Positions 42,263 to 52,816 of a stretch of DNA of 64,000 nucleotides are shown one piece after another. The translations under genes were made by a program, and so were the position numbers. The stretch comes from Barthelona sp. PCE (Eukaryota), in the NCBI GenBank assembly GCA_040285745.1, contig JAUFOR010000003.1:496001-560000 (forward strand), read 5' to 3'. The notes beneath the pieces were generated by a model. The model had not been told where the DNA came from and searched no databases. It saw only the letters and a list, made by a program, of their open reading frames with translations. Every line of letters starts with the position of its first letter. Position 1 is the stretch's first letter.

Positions 42263-42730
42263 ATGTCACGCTATAACAGAGTAATTTTTATTATCGGACT
42301 TATGCTTTTGAGCTTTGCATATGGAGTTCAGTCTTCTTCTTCTTTTGAATCAAACAGAATGGGAACCTATAGATGCGACTCATGCTGTCGTGTCCGCTCT
42401 TCGTCAAGAGGAAGCAGCTCCTCCTTTGTTGATCAGGGTTGCGTTGACTTTTGTTTTAAGAACGATGGACAATGTGGCAGTTATATGCAATTTAGACGCG
42501 GATGCTCTTCTAAATCATCGTTTAGAAGCAGTACAGTGTTAGACAGAGATTGTCTTGCTTTCTGTGTTAAAAGCGAGAATTTACCAGATTGCGCTTCTGT
42601 TTACAACCGTGCCAAATCCAGCTGCAGCCGTAGAAAGTGTTCCAGAGGACATTGCTACACTCGTCTTGATAGAACATGTATTCCACATGAGTTGTCACGC
42701 CTTTTAGAGCAGAAATTTGAACGAGTCTAG
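42263..42730 (+). CDS. Small secreted cysteine-rich cationic protein with three internal repeats
   Basis: Signal peptide, 14 Cys, Arg/Ser rich, with D-x-x-C repeated three times. Confidence 0.78.
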   Translation: MSRYNRVIFIIGLMLLSFAYGVQSSSSFESNRMGTYRCDSCCRVRSSSRGSSSSFVDQGCVDFCFKNDGQCGSYMQFRRGCSSKSSFRSSTVLDRDCLAFCVKSENLPDCASVYNRAKSSCSRRKCSRGHCYTRLDRTCIPHELSRLLEQKFERV

Positions 42731-42753
42731 TAAAAATTTTCAATTATTTTATT

Positions 42754-43947
42754 TTATTCATCAAAGAATGTAAAATCCGTATGACTGTCCATTCTAGCCT
42801 TCTTTCTTGACAACAAACGTTCCTTCTTATCTTCTAAAAGATCCTCAAGTTGGCTTTCACGATCCTCCTTCATCAACTCGTGTCTTGGTACAGGTCTTGG
42901 TGTTACGAAATGAATACCCAAGAGATCCTTCAATGGACGACTTTCATACACAACGTATGAATATATACGCTTACCAAACACACTAAACAATGCCTTGACG
43001 ACGAACGCACGCAAACCTTGAGCTTCTAGGTTTTGACCGTGCATAGAATACAACAAAAACTTAAAATCTATCCTATTACAAGGCAGAGTCATACAATGTA
43101 TTCTGAACGTGGAGTAATCTCCCTCCCTCTCAATGTTCTTGACCACATTCGCACTGTATTGGATGGGATAAATCTCATCCTGTAAGAAATTTCTGTAATA
43201 TTCTACATTTCTTTCAACATCACTTGAAAGATTCTTAGAATTCTGCAAATAATGATCCAAAGTGAAACACATAAATCTAAAGGCCAAAAGCTCTAAAGGG
43301 CTATCCCTACTTGTCATGTCATAATGCAAATTCATTATATCATTAATTAATTCAAAATCGGGTCTAATCACAATAAAGAGAATAAATGCAAAGAGGTACA
43401 GATATAGATCCTCTTTTTGAGCGTCTAGTTGAGCGTAAATAATGTCCATATAACTGTCTAAATAAAATTCCATGACTTCAGGTATTACAGAAAACTGCAT
43501 CATTATCATAAAGCATGACAAAACTGCATATCCCTCTGTTCTGTCCTTTAGCATGTTGAAGAGTTCAATGGCTTCTCCGCGTTGAAGTGGCAAGAGAAAC
43601 AATGCGTGATAAATCAATTCAAGACACTTTTCGTTGATTTCCTGTTCTGATAGTTGCAGGATGGTCGTGAATAAAAAGCTATTAGGGTGCTCCAGACGAT
43701 TTTTAAGAAGAATATCATCAATATCAATAAAATGCTTCGTCTTATCCTTCAAATTCGAACTAGAAAGCGCCTCGATGGACTGTGCGAAGGGGATATCAGC
43801 AAGCAAGACTATGTCTTCCAGACTGTTTGCCTTCTTCTTAGCTGTGCGACTTTGAAAATCTCTGCTCTTGTGTAGAACAGCTGCACCTGCACCTTTCACT
43901 CGGTGATTTGTTCTTCGCTCACCTCCTTTGTTGAAATTTCTTCCCAT
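42754..43947 (-). CDS. Helical protein, possibly IFRD (interferon-related developmental regulator) family
   Basis: Basic N-terminus, helical body, and C-terminal LKDLLG.......ER..SRKKAR resembling the IFRD C-terminus. The family call is weak. Confidence 0.45.
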   Translation of the reverse strand: MGRNFNKGGERRTNHRVKGAGAAVLHKSRDFQSRTAKKKANSLEDIVLLADIPFAQSIEALSSSNLKDKTKHFIDIDDILLKNRLEHPNSFLFTTILQLSEQEINEKCLELIYHALFLLPLQRGEAIELFNMLKDRTEGYAVLSCFMIMMQFSVIPEVMEFYLDSYMDIIYAQLDAQKEDLYLYLFAFILFIVIRPDFELINDIMNLHYDMTSRDSPLELLAFRFMCFTLDHYLQNSKNLSSDVERNVEYYRNFLQDEIYPIQYSANVVKNIEREGDYSTFRIHCMTLPCNRIDFKFLLYSMHGQNLEAQGLRAFVVKALFSVFGKRIYSYVVYESRPLKDLLGIHFVTPRPVPRHELMKEDRESQLEDLLEDKKERLLSRKKARMDSHTDFTFFDE

Positions 43948-44460
43948 ATCTGTTAAAGCAGAATAAATGAAATAACAAAATGTTGAAGCTGTTTTAGTGT
44001 GTTTTGACATCAATTAAGCGATTTACTAGGAATCAAAGTATCGATTCCGACTATGAAAAGCTAAACCATCACAAATTTTATAGAACTGCGCTGAATTTAC
44101 TTGTATTTTTGAAACATTTATTACATTGTATCACCTATTTAACCGACAATTTCCTTGTTTATGATCAAAAAATGTACATTAGGAAAATAGCATCAAAAGA
44201 ATTGGAAAAACTGATTGTCCAACCTACAATGTGGTTTATTATCTCACTAAACAGATGTTTGTTAACGAAAACGTCAAAAAATCGATTACAAAATCCTGTG
44301 GACTATAAAAACCTTATTTGAAGCTAATTCATACCTTTTAAAGCATGTCTTCCACGCGATAATATAAATATCAAGCATTTCACCTTCACAAAAATTTAGA
44401 ATCGGTAGTCTACGCGGTTTACATTACTTAACCTTCTCACAAACAAATAGTATATTTTAA

Positions 44461-45477
44461 ATGGTAGTAGAGCAAAAACCCAACGTAGTAGGACCATTTT
44501 CACTCAACATTGCAGCCAGTATCGGTATTATCTTTCTGAATAAGATTGTTTTTAAGACATTAGGATTCCCAGGAGGAACCACCCTCACTTTTATTCACTT
44601 TGTATGCACAATCATTGGCCTATACATATCCAGAAATGTGGGGCTCTTCAAAGCAAAGAAATTAAAATTTGTCGATGTTCTTCCGCTCGGTGTTGGTCTC
44701 TCTCTATATATTGGTATGAACAACCTGTCTCTCAGTGCAAACAGTGTTTCTATATATCAGGTAATGAAAATCATGGGTACACCCGCTTGTGTTGTAATCA
44801 ATGCAGTAATGTACAAACAAAAGTTCTCCATGAAGGTTTGGGTAGCGGTCTTACTCGTCTGCCTTGGTGTTGGTGTCTCCACAATCAGCGATGGTGAAGT
44901 GAAGATAACCTTTGCTGGAGCCATTTTCGGTATTGCTGGTTTCATCTGTAATGCTTTATACGTTACATGGGGTGGAAGATGGCAGAAGAAGTTAGACGCC
45001 AACTCGTTCCAACTCCTCTCAGTCCAGATGCCCATCTCTGCTTTCTTCATGTTCATATTTATTTTCTTCTTTGACGATGTAGAAGCTGTTGTTAATTACG
45101 AATATACATTCGGTGCTTATGTTGCAATTTTCACAACAGGCATTGTCTCTTTCTTCGTTAATCTTTCTGTATTTTTGGTTATTGGTCGTGCCGGCCCGGT
45201 TACTTATGCAGTCATTAGTAATATCAAGACTGTTATTATTCTAGCAGGTGGTATCATCTTCTTTGGTGATCCCCTCACACCAAAGATCTTCCTTGGTATC
45301 GTCATTACTTTGTCCGGTGTGGTTCTGTACTCTTATGAGACGACAATGCAGAAGATTCGACAAAAGCCTTCGCAGGATATTTTGAAGTTGAAGGATACCG
45401 TTGTTAATCCTATTGATGAGCTTTCTGAGACTGAGCTTGAAGATGTGGTCATTGTTAAGACCGACAAGACTGATTAA
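44461..45477 (+). CDS. Nucleotide-sugar / triose-phosphate transporter family (SLC35E3/UXT-like)
   Basis: SIGIIFLNK, TLTFIHF, NLSLSANSV.IYQVMK and GPVTYAV.SN.KT, with about 10 TMs. Confidence 0.92.
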   Translation: MVVEQKPNVVGPFSLNIAASIGIIFLNKIVFKTLGFPGGTTLTFIHFVCTIIGLYISRNVGLFKAKKLKFVDVLPLGVGLSLYIGMNNLSLSANSVSIYQVMKIMGTPACVVINAVMYKQKFSMKVWVAVLLVCLGVGVSTISDGEVKITFAGAIFGIAGFICNALYVTWGGRWQKKLDANSFQLLSVQMPISAFFMFIFIFFFDDVEAVVNYEYTFGAYVAIFTTGIVSFFVNLSVFLVIGRAGPVTYAVISNIKTVIILAGGIIFFGDPLTPKIFLGIVITLSGVVLYSYETTMQKIRQKPSQDILKLKDTVVNPIDELSETELEDVVIVKTDKTD

Positions 45478-45716
45478 GTCTATTTAATGCAAGACCCCCA
45501 AAAAAAATAAAACAGAAGTAAGCAGGTTGTTTTAATCGTTGTTTAATGACTATTTTGACGTATAAATGTGAATAAACACCTCTATTATGCTCCAGAAAAT
45601 ATTAAGACACTTCAAAAAACTCAGCTACGAACTTTAATATTGCTTTCTCACATATCCATCATTTCAGTTCGTTTTTTTTTTCTGAACAGGGGCTCTACTC
45701 AGATTAAGCCATCAAA

Positions 45717-46283
45717 ATGAACGGAATTTTTGAGTTTCGTCCAAGAAATCTTGCAAAAGATCTTTCAACTCAGATTGAATCAAAAGTTATTGCACATCGT
45801 GAAGAAGTTAAAAGCAGGATCAACGATCGTATGACACTTAAGGAAATGTTATGTCCTCAATTTCCACTAGCTAGGATCAAAAAAATTATGAAAGAGGATC
45901 TTGATGTTCAGATGATTTCTAGTGATGCTCCATACGTATTGGCTAAGACATGTGAGTTTTTTATCGCTGAATTAGCGGTTCGAGCATTTGAAATAGCAAA
46001 ACATCTTGGTCGAGAGTTGCTTACCACACAAGATGTTTTGCTCTGCATTATGTGCTTTGAGGATTATGATTTCGTTAGAGATTGTGCTGATGAGCTTGAG
46101 ATTCCATTAAAAAGAGGTTCTAACTCGGAGTTTGGAAAAGCAATGAAAATAATTGATTCCATTTGTGAAGAGGAAGATATGAATTCTCTTGAGGAATACG
46201 CTAAGGAGATTAACGTGTTTGATCCTTTTGCTTATAATGAAATACTCCTGAAAAAACAAAAAGAATTAGCAGAAAAAGACTAG
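45717..46283 (+). CDS. NFYC: Histone-fold CCAAT-binding factor subunit NF-YC/HAP5-like
   Basis: FPLARIKKIMKED.DV.MIS.DAP.VLAK.CEFFI.EL..RA ... YDF. Confidence 0.88.
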   Translation: MNGIFEFRPRNLAKDLSTQIESKVIAHREEVKSRINDRMTLKEMLCPQFPLARIKKIMKEDLDVQMISSDAPYVLAKTCEFFIAELAVRAFEIAKHLGRELLTTQDVLLCIMCFEDYDFVRDCADELEIPLKRGSNSEFGKAMKIIDSICEEEDMNSLEEYAKEINVFDPFAYNEILLKKQKELAEKD

Positions 46284-46537
46284 CTTCACAATGTATTCGC
46301 AATATTTGAATTATCATTATAATTCAGTTTTATATCAGTAAAACCTATAAGTTTACTCCACAAAACAGTATTTGTGTGTTATATGCACTGCTTAAAACAG
46401 AAAGATCATATAATTTCATTCAGTCACTTAATTATCAAATTTATGAGGTTTTTTTGACATTTAAAATCAATATTTTTCACATAGTCGTTGTAAAAAAGAA
46501 GAAGAAGTCTGTTTTCATATTTGCCTCGCAATTCTCA

Positions 46538-49096
46538 ATGCAAGAAGAATTTTTGGACTATCTGGATCTGACAGCGTCGACTGTAATTCAAGACTGTCAG
46601 GTTTTTCACAGAAAGAACGTCGATAAGGAAGTCATTGGTGAACTGTCTTCCAGACTCCTCTTTATTTTACAACAGGGGTATGAACTGTCCCAAAAGGAGA
46701 AGGAATCTCTCTTCTTCGGCCTCACAAAGGTCGTAACGGTGAAAGATCTTGAAGCTCGTCGAAATGTTGCACTTGCACTTCAGCATGTTGCCTACAAGCA
46801 TGAGCACTGGATTATGATTGTTAACAACATCATCACCGACCTTACAGGCAGCACCATGGAGCGCGTTCTTGCTCTCCGTCTTCTTGGAACAATAACAGAT
46901 GAGAGCACTCTTGTGTCCGTGGAGCGTTTTGTCCGACAGGCTTTCGGCGACTCCCGCATTGAGGTAGTTGAGACAGCGCTCTCAATGGCTATTCATTGCT
47001 TTGTTAAATTCCCAAACGTTGTTTCCGGATGGCAAGTTGAAGCAGAAGCCGCAATGAAGCGTGCTAAGAAGAAGACTGTCGCCCACCACCTCGCAATCAC
47101 CCTCTTGGTTCTCATCAGAGGAGATAACGTCTCCCGTCTTGAAGATCTGTTGAACACCATTGGTTCCCTCAAGAAGATGAAAATGCTTACTGGTCTCGGT
47201 ATCCTCCGTCAGATCGAGTCTTTATTTGAGGCTGGACTAGGCCAACACTCGAGTGTATTTCAGCAATTCATTGTTGACACGCTCAAGTCCAATTCAAAAC
47301 TGCTCATCATTGAGTGTATTCCGATCTGTCTTCGGTATTTGAGGGATAACGAGCGCTTGTTCGATGAGTGTATTCGTGAGATGTGCGATATCCTCAAATT
47401 ACGCTCTTCTCAGCAGAGCAATACACTCTTAAAGATACAGTTCCTTGAGTTGGCCATTGAGTTATCCACTGAACCTCAGTTGGGAGAAATGCTCCACAAG
47501 ACTATCCCTTTCCAGCAGCTTATGACCGACAAGAATGAACTCATCTGTGCCCTTGCGACTCTCTTTATGTTGAACACCGCTGATGTCCAGCAGATCGAAG
47601 CGTCGCGCCGCAGAGTTCCCCGCATCTTTAAGAAGAGCCCAATCCCCATCAGGCAGAAGATGCTCGATGCACTGGTTAAATCAACCGACCGTAACAACGC
47701 CCTTGCGAGCACTGCAATCAACCTCATGGCTACGATCTTTAGGGAAGAGTCTTCGAAGGAGATGAAGGGTTTCCTCGTTCACAGCGTACAGGGTGTCATC
47801 AAGCACGTGCCATCAAGCCGCATGGATGCCCTTGGTGTTATCTGTGAGTTTATTGAGGACTGTGATGTTCCTGCGCTCATCGTAGACGCTCTATCTTTTG
47901 TTGCTGAGCAGATACCACTGTTGACTCAGCCCACCCAATCCACCGTCAAGTTCCTGCTCCCCATCTTCAACAGATGTACCATCGACGTCAACAATGTGCG
48001 AGTTGCTGCTGTTCAGGCTCTTGGAGAAATTGGAGCGCGTAAGCCTGAATTTGTTCCTTATGTCGTTGCATTGCTCCGCCGCGTGACAAATGATGCAAAC
48101 GAGGAGGTGAGGGACCGAGCCCGCCTTGTACTGAGTGCTCTTCAGTCAGATCAAACCGAAATCATTGACCCACACTTCTCTGTATCCTTTGACGCAATGG
48201 AAAAAGCTGCCCGTCGCGCCATTGCTGAGGACGCTGGTTTTCTGTCCTGGGACGTCGTCAGTAACCTCGTTGAAGAAGAAGAAGAGCCGGAAGATGATGT
48301 TACAGAGCGCGAGATTGAGCAAGCAAGCAAAAAAGCTATCAACACCGAGTACATTGCTGCGCTTGAACAGCACCTTGGCGATGAGATCTCCCAGTTGGTG
48401 CACTCGTCTGAGCCTATTCTCATCACAGAGGAAGACGCTGAGTTCCCTTGTTATGTTGTCAAGCACTTCTTCCCCACATACATTGCTCTTGAGTTCAAGA
48501 TTACAAACACACTAGACGACAATATGTTGGACACTGTATACGCAATTGCCGCAGAGTGGCAGGCTGTTCCTTGCAAGGAGATATGGCCTGGAGAGACTGG
48601 TCGTTCATATGCCTTCAGGAAGATTGATGAGAGCATCATTGATTCCGAGTTTGCTATGCCCCTGCGCTTCAAACTACAGGAAGTGGACGCGGCATCCCGT
48701 ACAATTTTGAGCGAGGAGGATTACGAAGATGAGTACTCTATGGATCCGATTTTCTTTGAATTTTTAGATTTTGTGATGCCTTCAAACATCTCATCGGGTG
48801 AGTTCCAGCGCCGTAAAAAGGCACTGGATCGCTTTTCACGCACTTTTATCCTTTCGGCAGGTAACCCTGCTGATTCAATTGACTTACTATTGAGTTTATT
48901 AAACGGAAAGATTCTTCAACAGACTTCAACAGTCGTGAAGGTTGCAATGTGTTATGTTTGGATGGATAAAGAGACGGATGTGCTCGTTACTGCCCAAGCC
49001 CAACCTACAGAAAATCTCGGAGAGATTAGTTTAAGTGTCAATGTCAGTACCACAACTGCTGATATTGCTGAGAATTTATTTGCATCGATTGAGTAA
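46538..49096 (+). CDS. COPG: Coatomer subunit gamma
   Basis: LFFGLTK, LGVICEFIEDC, IFNR......VRVAAV.AL, D.NEEVRDRA, and appendage SS.P..ITE.DAEF...VVKH.F and NTLDD..L. Confidence 0.93.
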   Translation: MQEEFLDYLDLTASTVIQDCQVFHRKNVDKEVIGELSSRLLFILQQGYELSQKEKESLFFGLTKVVTVKDLEARRNVALALQHVAYKHEHWIMIVNNIITDLTGSTMERVLALRLLGTITDESTLVSVERFVRQAFGDSRIEVVETALSMAIHCFVKFPNVVSGWQVEAEAAMKRAKKKTVAHHLAITLLVLIRGDNVSRLEDLLNTIGSLKKMKMLTGLGILRQIESLFEAGLGQHSSVFQQFIVDTLKSNSKLLIIECIPICLRYLRDNERLFDECIREMCDILKLRSSQQSNTLLKIQFLELAIELSTEPQLGEMLHKTIPFQQLMTDKNELICALATLFMLNTADVQQIEASRRRVPRIFKKSPIPIRQKMLDALVKSTDRNNALASTAINLMATIFREESSKEMKGFLVHSVQGVIKHVPSSRMDALGVICEFIEDCDVPALIVDALSFVAEQIPLLTQPTQSTVKFLLPIFNRCTIDVNNVRVAAVQALGEIGARKPEFVPYVVALLRRVTNDANEEVRDRARLVLSALQSDQTEIIDPHFSVSFDAMEKAARRAIAEDAGFLSWDVVSNLVEEEEEPEDDVTEREIEQASKKAINTEYIAALEQHLGDEISQLVHSSEPILITEEDAEFPCYVVKHFFPTYIALEFKITNTLDDNMLDTVYAIAAEWQAVPCKEIWPGETGRSYAFRKIDESIIDSEFAMPLRFKLQEVDAASRTILSEEDYEDEYSMDPIFFEFLDFVMPSNISSGEFQRRKKALDRFSRTFILSAGNPADSIDLLLSLLNGKILQQTSTVVKVAMCYVWMDKETDVLVTAQAQPTENLGEISLSVNVSTTTADIAENLFASIE

Positions 49097-49118
49097 TCGT
49101 GAATAAAAATGTGATAAT

Positions 49119-51251
49119 CTAAAACTCTGTTACTTCTTCGATGACAGCCTGTTTCTTAAATGGAATACCATCTTCTTCTTCCTTACGATCCTCTTCTTCT
49201 TCGTCCGTTAAAGGATCACCGAGAACAACAAACGGTACCTCGTCAACCTCTACCTCTCCACTACGAAGTTTATCTGCAAGTTTGCGCAGCTTCAGCATCT
49301 CCTTGGCATCAGCTTTGTCCTTAACATCAGCTTCCTTCAGTTCATTCTCAATCTGTTTCTTACGCTGAATAATCTGAGCTTCAGCTATGTATTCGTTGAA
49401 CTCTTGAGCTTCGTCCAGATCCTTCTCCTTGTTGAGACGTGCACGCATCGTTCTTGACAGCTTCTTGGGGTCAAAAACATCACCTCCAGTCTCAATCTGG
49501 TAGTTTTCTGTAACATTAAACATATCCTCAAGATCCTCTTCTTCCACGTCATCGTCGACTGGCCTGACATCGTGTTTACCTCTATTCAGCAACTTCTGAA
49601 GACGGGTCTGGCCCTTTGGTGCCTTGGTCTCAGTAACCTCAACCTCAATAGCACCTTCAGACAATTTCCAACTGCGGCTTGTGTTTTTGATAAAGCGCTC
49701 ATGGCACCTGATTCTCGGCACCTTTTCAAGGCCATATGCCTTGGCTATCTTCTCAATGTTGTAGTTTTTAAGAGTGAAAACCTCCTTATTGGGCTGCAAT
49801 GAAATTGACTTAATATAGTTCTTTAACGCAGAACGGGCAAGATCGTGGACATCTTCCTTCTTGACGAGCACAGTTCGTACGAGCTCTGCAATGTCTATCA
49901 AGCGCATAGGATTGATCTCTGTCTTTGAGATGGGGATACCGCGCTTACGCAACAGGTGGATGAAGGGAATCTCACCACGGGTAACGAGTGTCACGGCCTT
50001 ACCGCCGCGCTTATGCCTCGCTGTGCGCCCGACACGATGAATGTATGTGTCTGATGATTCGGGAACGTCGAACTGTACCACCCACTCAACGTTGGGGATG
50101 TCGACACCACGTGCACCGACATCTGTGCAGAATAGGAGAGCACGGTCGGACTCCATAAATGTCTCAGTGATACCGAACCGGCGCTGCAGCTTCTGTTTAC
50201 CATGAAGATGAAGCAATGGAATTCCGGGTCTCATTTGGCAAAAAAGCTCAAATAAGAAACGAACCTGTTTGGTTGTGGATGCAAAAACCATAATCTTTGA
50301 CCGAAGGTGGGATTTCATAAACGCAAATAGGGTCTTTATCTTATCTTCAGCATCACAGACAATAAATTTCTGAGCGAGCGACGCTGGGGTCGGATTCTCG
50401 TCCTTGGAGTGAACGCTCAACATCTCCGGCTGCTTCAGCTGGACTGCCACCAACTGCTTCAATTCTGAAGGCATAGTAGCAGAATACAACATAGTTTGAC
50501 GATGTTTAGGAAGATACGATAGAATCTCCTCAATCTGAGGTAGGAATCCCATATCCAGGCACCTGTCAGCCTCATCGATAACGAGACATCTCAGGTTATC
50601 CGTCTGGAGATGGTATGTTGTTCCCAGGTGTTCAATCATGCGGCCTGGTGTGCATATAACAATCGTTGACTGCTGAATGATCTCACGCTCGGCCTCGACG
50701 TCCTTCCCACCCGTGATGAGTGCGATTGAGAATCGATGATCGTGCCCAATCTGACGGACAACCTTAAAAACCTGTAATGCAAGTTCACGTGATGGGACAA
50801 TCACCATAGCAGAGATTCCCTCCATGGGAGACACGCGCTCGCGATACAGCAGCTCAAGAATTGGAATAACAAAAGATAGAGTCTTTCCGCTGCCTGTTCG
50901 TGCAGCTCCAATGATGTCTCGACCTGCAAGCCCGTGAATGATGCTGGCCCTCTGTATCTCTGTCATAGTACGGAATTTGGCACTGAACAGTGATTTTTGT
51001 GTGGTGGAGCTCAATGGGAGTTGAGAAAACATAATGGCTTGTGTTAAATCGCTTCCTTTCTCTGGAACGTCGTCTGTTTTCCTGATGGGCAGTGCAAGTG
51101 GCGATGTTCCGTGAGGTGGTACCTCATTATCGATTCGATGCTTCAAATATGAAATCTCCTTCAGCAAATCCTGACGAGAAGTCACTTTACTCTTGCCCCT
51201 GTGCGTATTGCGCTTGTTGTGGCTACGCTTTCTTCTGTCGTAATTCGGCAT
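49119..51251 (-). CDS. DDX10: DEAD-box RNA helicase DDX10/DBP4
   Basis: GRDIIGAARTGSGKT, DEAD, SAT, KQVRF.FE.F..MRPG.PL..LHGKQK and YIHRVGRTAR. Confidence 0.92.
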   Translation of the reverse strand: MPNYDRRKRSHNKRNTHRGKSKVTSRQDLLKEISYLKHRIDNEVPPHGTSPLALPIRKTDDVPEKGSDLTQAIMFSQLPLSSTTQKSLFSAKFRTMTEIQRASIIHGLAGRDIIGAARTGSGKTLSFVIPILELLYRERVSPMEGISAMVIVPSRELALQVFKVVRQIGHDHRFSIALITGGKDVEAEREIIQQSTIVICTPGRMIEHLGTTYHLQTDNLRCLVIDEADRCLDMGFLPQIEEILSYLPKHRQTMLYSATMPSELKQLVAVQLKQPEMLSVHSKDENPTPASLAQKFIVCDAEDKIKTLFAFMKSHLRSKIMVFASTTKQVRFLFELFCQMRPGIPLLHLHGKQKLQRRFGITETFMESDRALLFCTDVGARGVDIPNVEWVVQFDVPESSDTYIHRVGRTARHKRGGKAVTLVTRGEIPFIHLLRKRGIPISKTEINPMRLIDIAELVRTVLVKKEDVHDLARSALKNYIKSISLQPNKEVFTLKNYNIEKIAKAYGLEKVPRIRCHERFIKNTSRSWKLSEGAIEVEVTETKAPKGQTRLQKLLNRGKHDVRPVDDDVEEEDLEDMFNVTENYQIETGGDVFDPKKLSRTMRARLNKEKDLDEAQEFNEYIAEAQIIQRKKQIENELKEADVKDKADAKEMLKLRKLADKLRSGEVEVDEVPFVVLGDPLTDEEEEDRKEEEDGIPFKKQAVIEEVTEF

Positions 51252-51577
51252 TTCGTTGAAAGGATCAAAATAGCAAAAGCGATATTCTGGAGGGTACTTT
51301 GTACTGCAGATGCTAATTAAACTTCACTGCACGAGGACATATCCAGCTAGAAAATGGACTGGCTACACTAAGATGAAACGAATAACATCGTTTCAGAATA
51401 CTCAAATAACAACATATTCGCCTGACAAAACACAGTTACAGACACGAACAGCATCATAAAATAGTCCTACGGATAGGTGACTTGCAATTACTCTTCTATC
51501 TCATCTTACAAGAGGTATTACCTTAACATCGCCGTTTCTCTTCCAGATACACCAATTTAACCAAACATTAATATAAA

Positions 51578-52681
51578 ATGAGCATTCCTACCGACTTTAA
51601 GTTATCAAAATACACTGCCCGTAAAGGCTGCTTCTGCAAAGTGCAACAAGAGGACCTCCTTGGCTTCCTCAAGCACGTTTCCGATGAGGATATTGGGCAA
51701 ACTGACTGTAGTATTCAGCCCACCAAATTTGAGGATGTTTTTCAGGTAACAAGCATTGATTTCTTCACCCCTGTGGTGGACAATGTTTATTTACAGGGCC
51801 GTATTGCCATAGCAAATGTTCTGAGCGATATCTACTCACTGGGTATTACCGACCTCACGACCGTCGTTATGGTTCTGTGTCTCTGCCCTGACTGGGATAA
51901 GGACCTTCTTGACGTCGTCGCCGGTACCCTCATGCGTGGTTTCAGCGATGGTGCCAAGTTAGGTGGAGTTCCTGTTGACGGAGGCCAAACCACATATTCC
52001 CCATGGCCTATGATTGGCGGTACCGTCATGTCTGTCTCTCACAAATCAGAGATCATCAACGGAACACATGCAAGTGTTGGAGACGTTGTTATACTGACCA
52101 AACCTTTAGGTACACAGCCTTTGGCCAACGCTATGCAATGGTTATGGCAACAAGAAGAATCTGAGCACCGCCGCGAGCTGGTTGCCAGTCTCGGTATGAC
52201 TCGGGAAGAGATCGAAACCAACGTTGCAAGAAGCGGAAAATGGATGGCCATGTTGAACAAGACCGCAGCTGAAATGATGCATCATGCTGATGCTGTAGCT
52301 GCCACAGATATCACTGGCTTTGGTCTCCTGAACCACGCTACCAACCTCATGAAAACAATGCAGCCTGGCACATTAATGAAAATAGATAGAGTTCCTTGTA
52401 TGCCTGGTGCTATCGAGGTTACTCAGCGTTCAGGTTTCTTCAAACTATTACAAGGCAAGGCAGCCGAGACCAGTGGCGGCCTCCTTGTTATTTTACCTGC
52501 TTCCAAAGTTGAATCCGCTCTTGATTATTTCCAGGAGAAAGAGGGTTATTGTCCTTGGGTTGTTGGTCAAATCGTCGAGGAAGGACAATACCCATGGCTC
52601 GAGGAGGGACGTCGTGCTGGACTAGCCACAGATGTCGAGTTCTTTTCAGCTGATGCTGAACCAAAAGTGGATCTCGAATAA
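51578..52681 (+). CDS. selD: Selenophosphate synthetase (selenide, water dikinase), eukaryote-type, Cys form
   Basis: KGCFCKV, DFFTPVVD, GRIA.ANVLSDIY, GGQT, GD...LTKPLGTQ, AATDITGFGLL.H and ETSGGLL. Confidence 0.95.
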   Translation: MSIPTDFKLSKYTARKGCFCKVQQEDLLGFLKHVSDEDIGQTDCSIQPTKFEDVFQVTSIDFFTPVVDNVYLQGRIAIANVLSDIYSLGITDLTTVVMVLCLCPDWDKDLLDVVAGTLMRGFSDGAKLGGVPVDGGQTTYSPWPMIGGTVMSVSHKSEIINGTHASVGDVVILTKPLGTQPLANAMQWLWQQEESEHRRELVASLGMTREEIETNVARSGKWMAMLNKTAAEMMHHADAVAATDITGFGLLNHATNLMKTMQPGTLMKIDRVPCMPGAIEVTQRSGFFKLLQGKAAETSGGLLVILPASKVESALDYFQEKEGYCPWVVGQIVEEGQYPWLEEGRRAGLATDVEFFSADAEPKVDLE

Positions 52682-52816
52682 TTTTTAGGGTAATTGAAAC
52701 TATTACATTATTTAATCTTCATCTATCCAGGCCAATGAGAACAGTAAGCACAGTTAGCTGCAGAGAATAAAAATGAACTTGCTTTCTATTATCATTCCCA
52801 TTTCAACTAAAGCTAA

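Noticed and set aside
51374-51395. Hairpin TGAAACGA-ATAACA-TCGTTTCA near selD as a SECIS element
   Set aside because: It lies upstream of selD rather than in a 3' UTR, is too short for SECIS geometry, and selD has no in-frame TGA.
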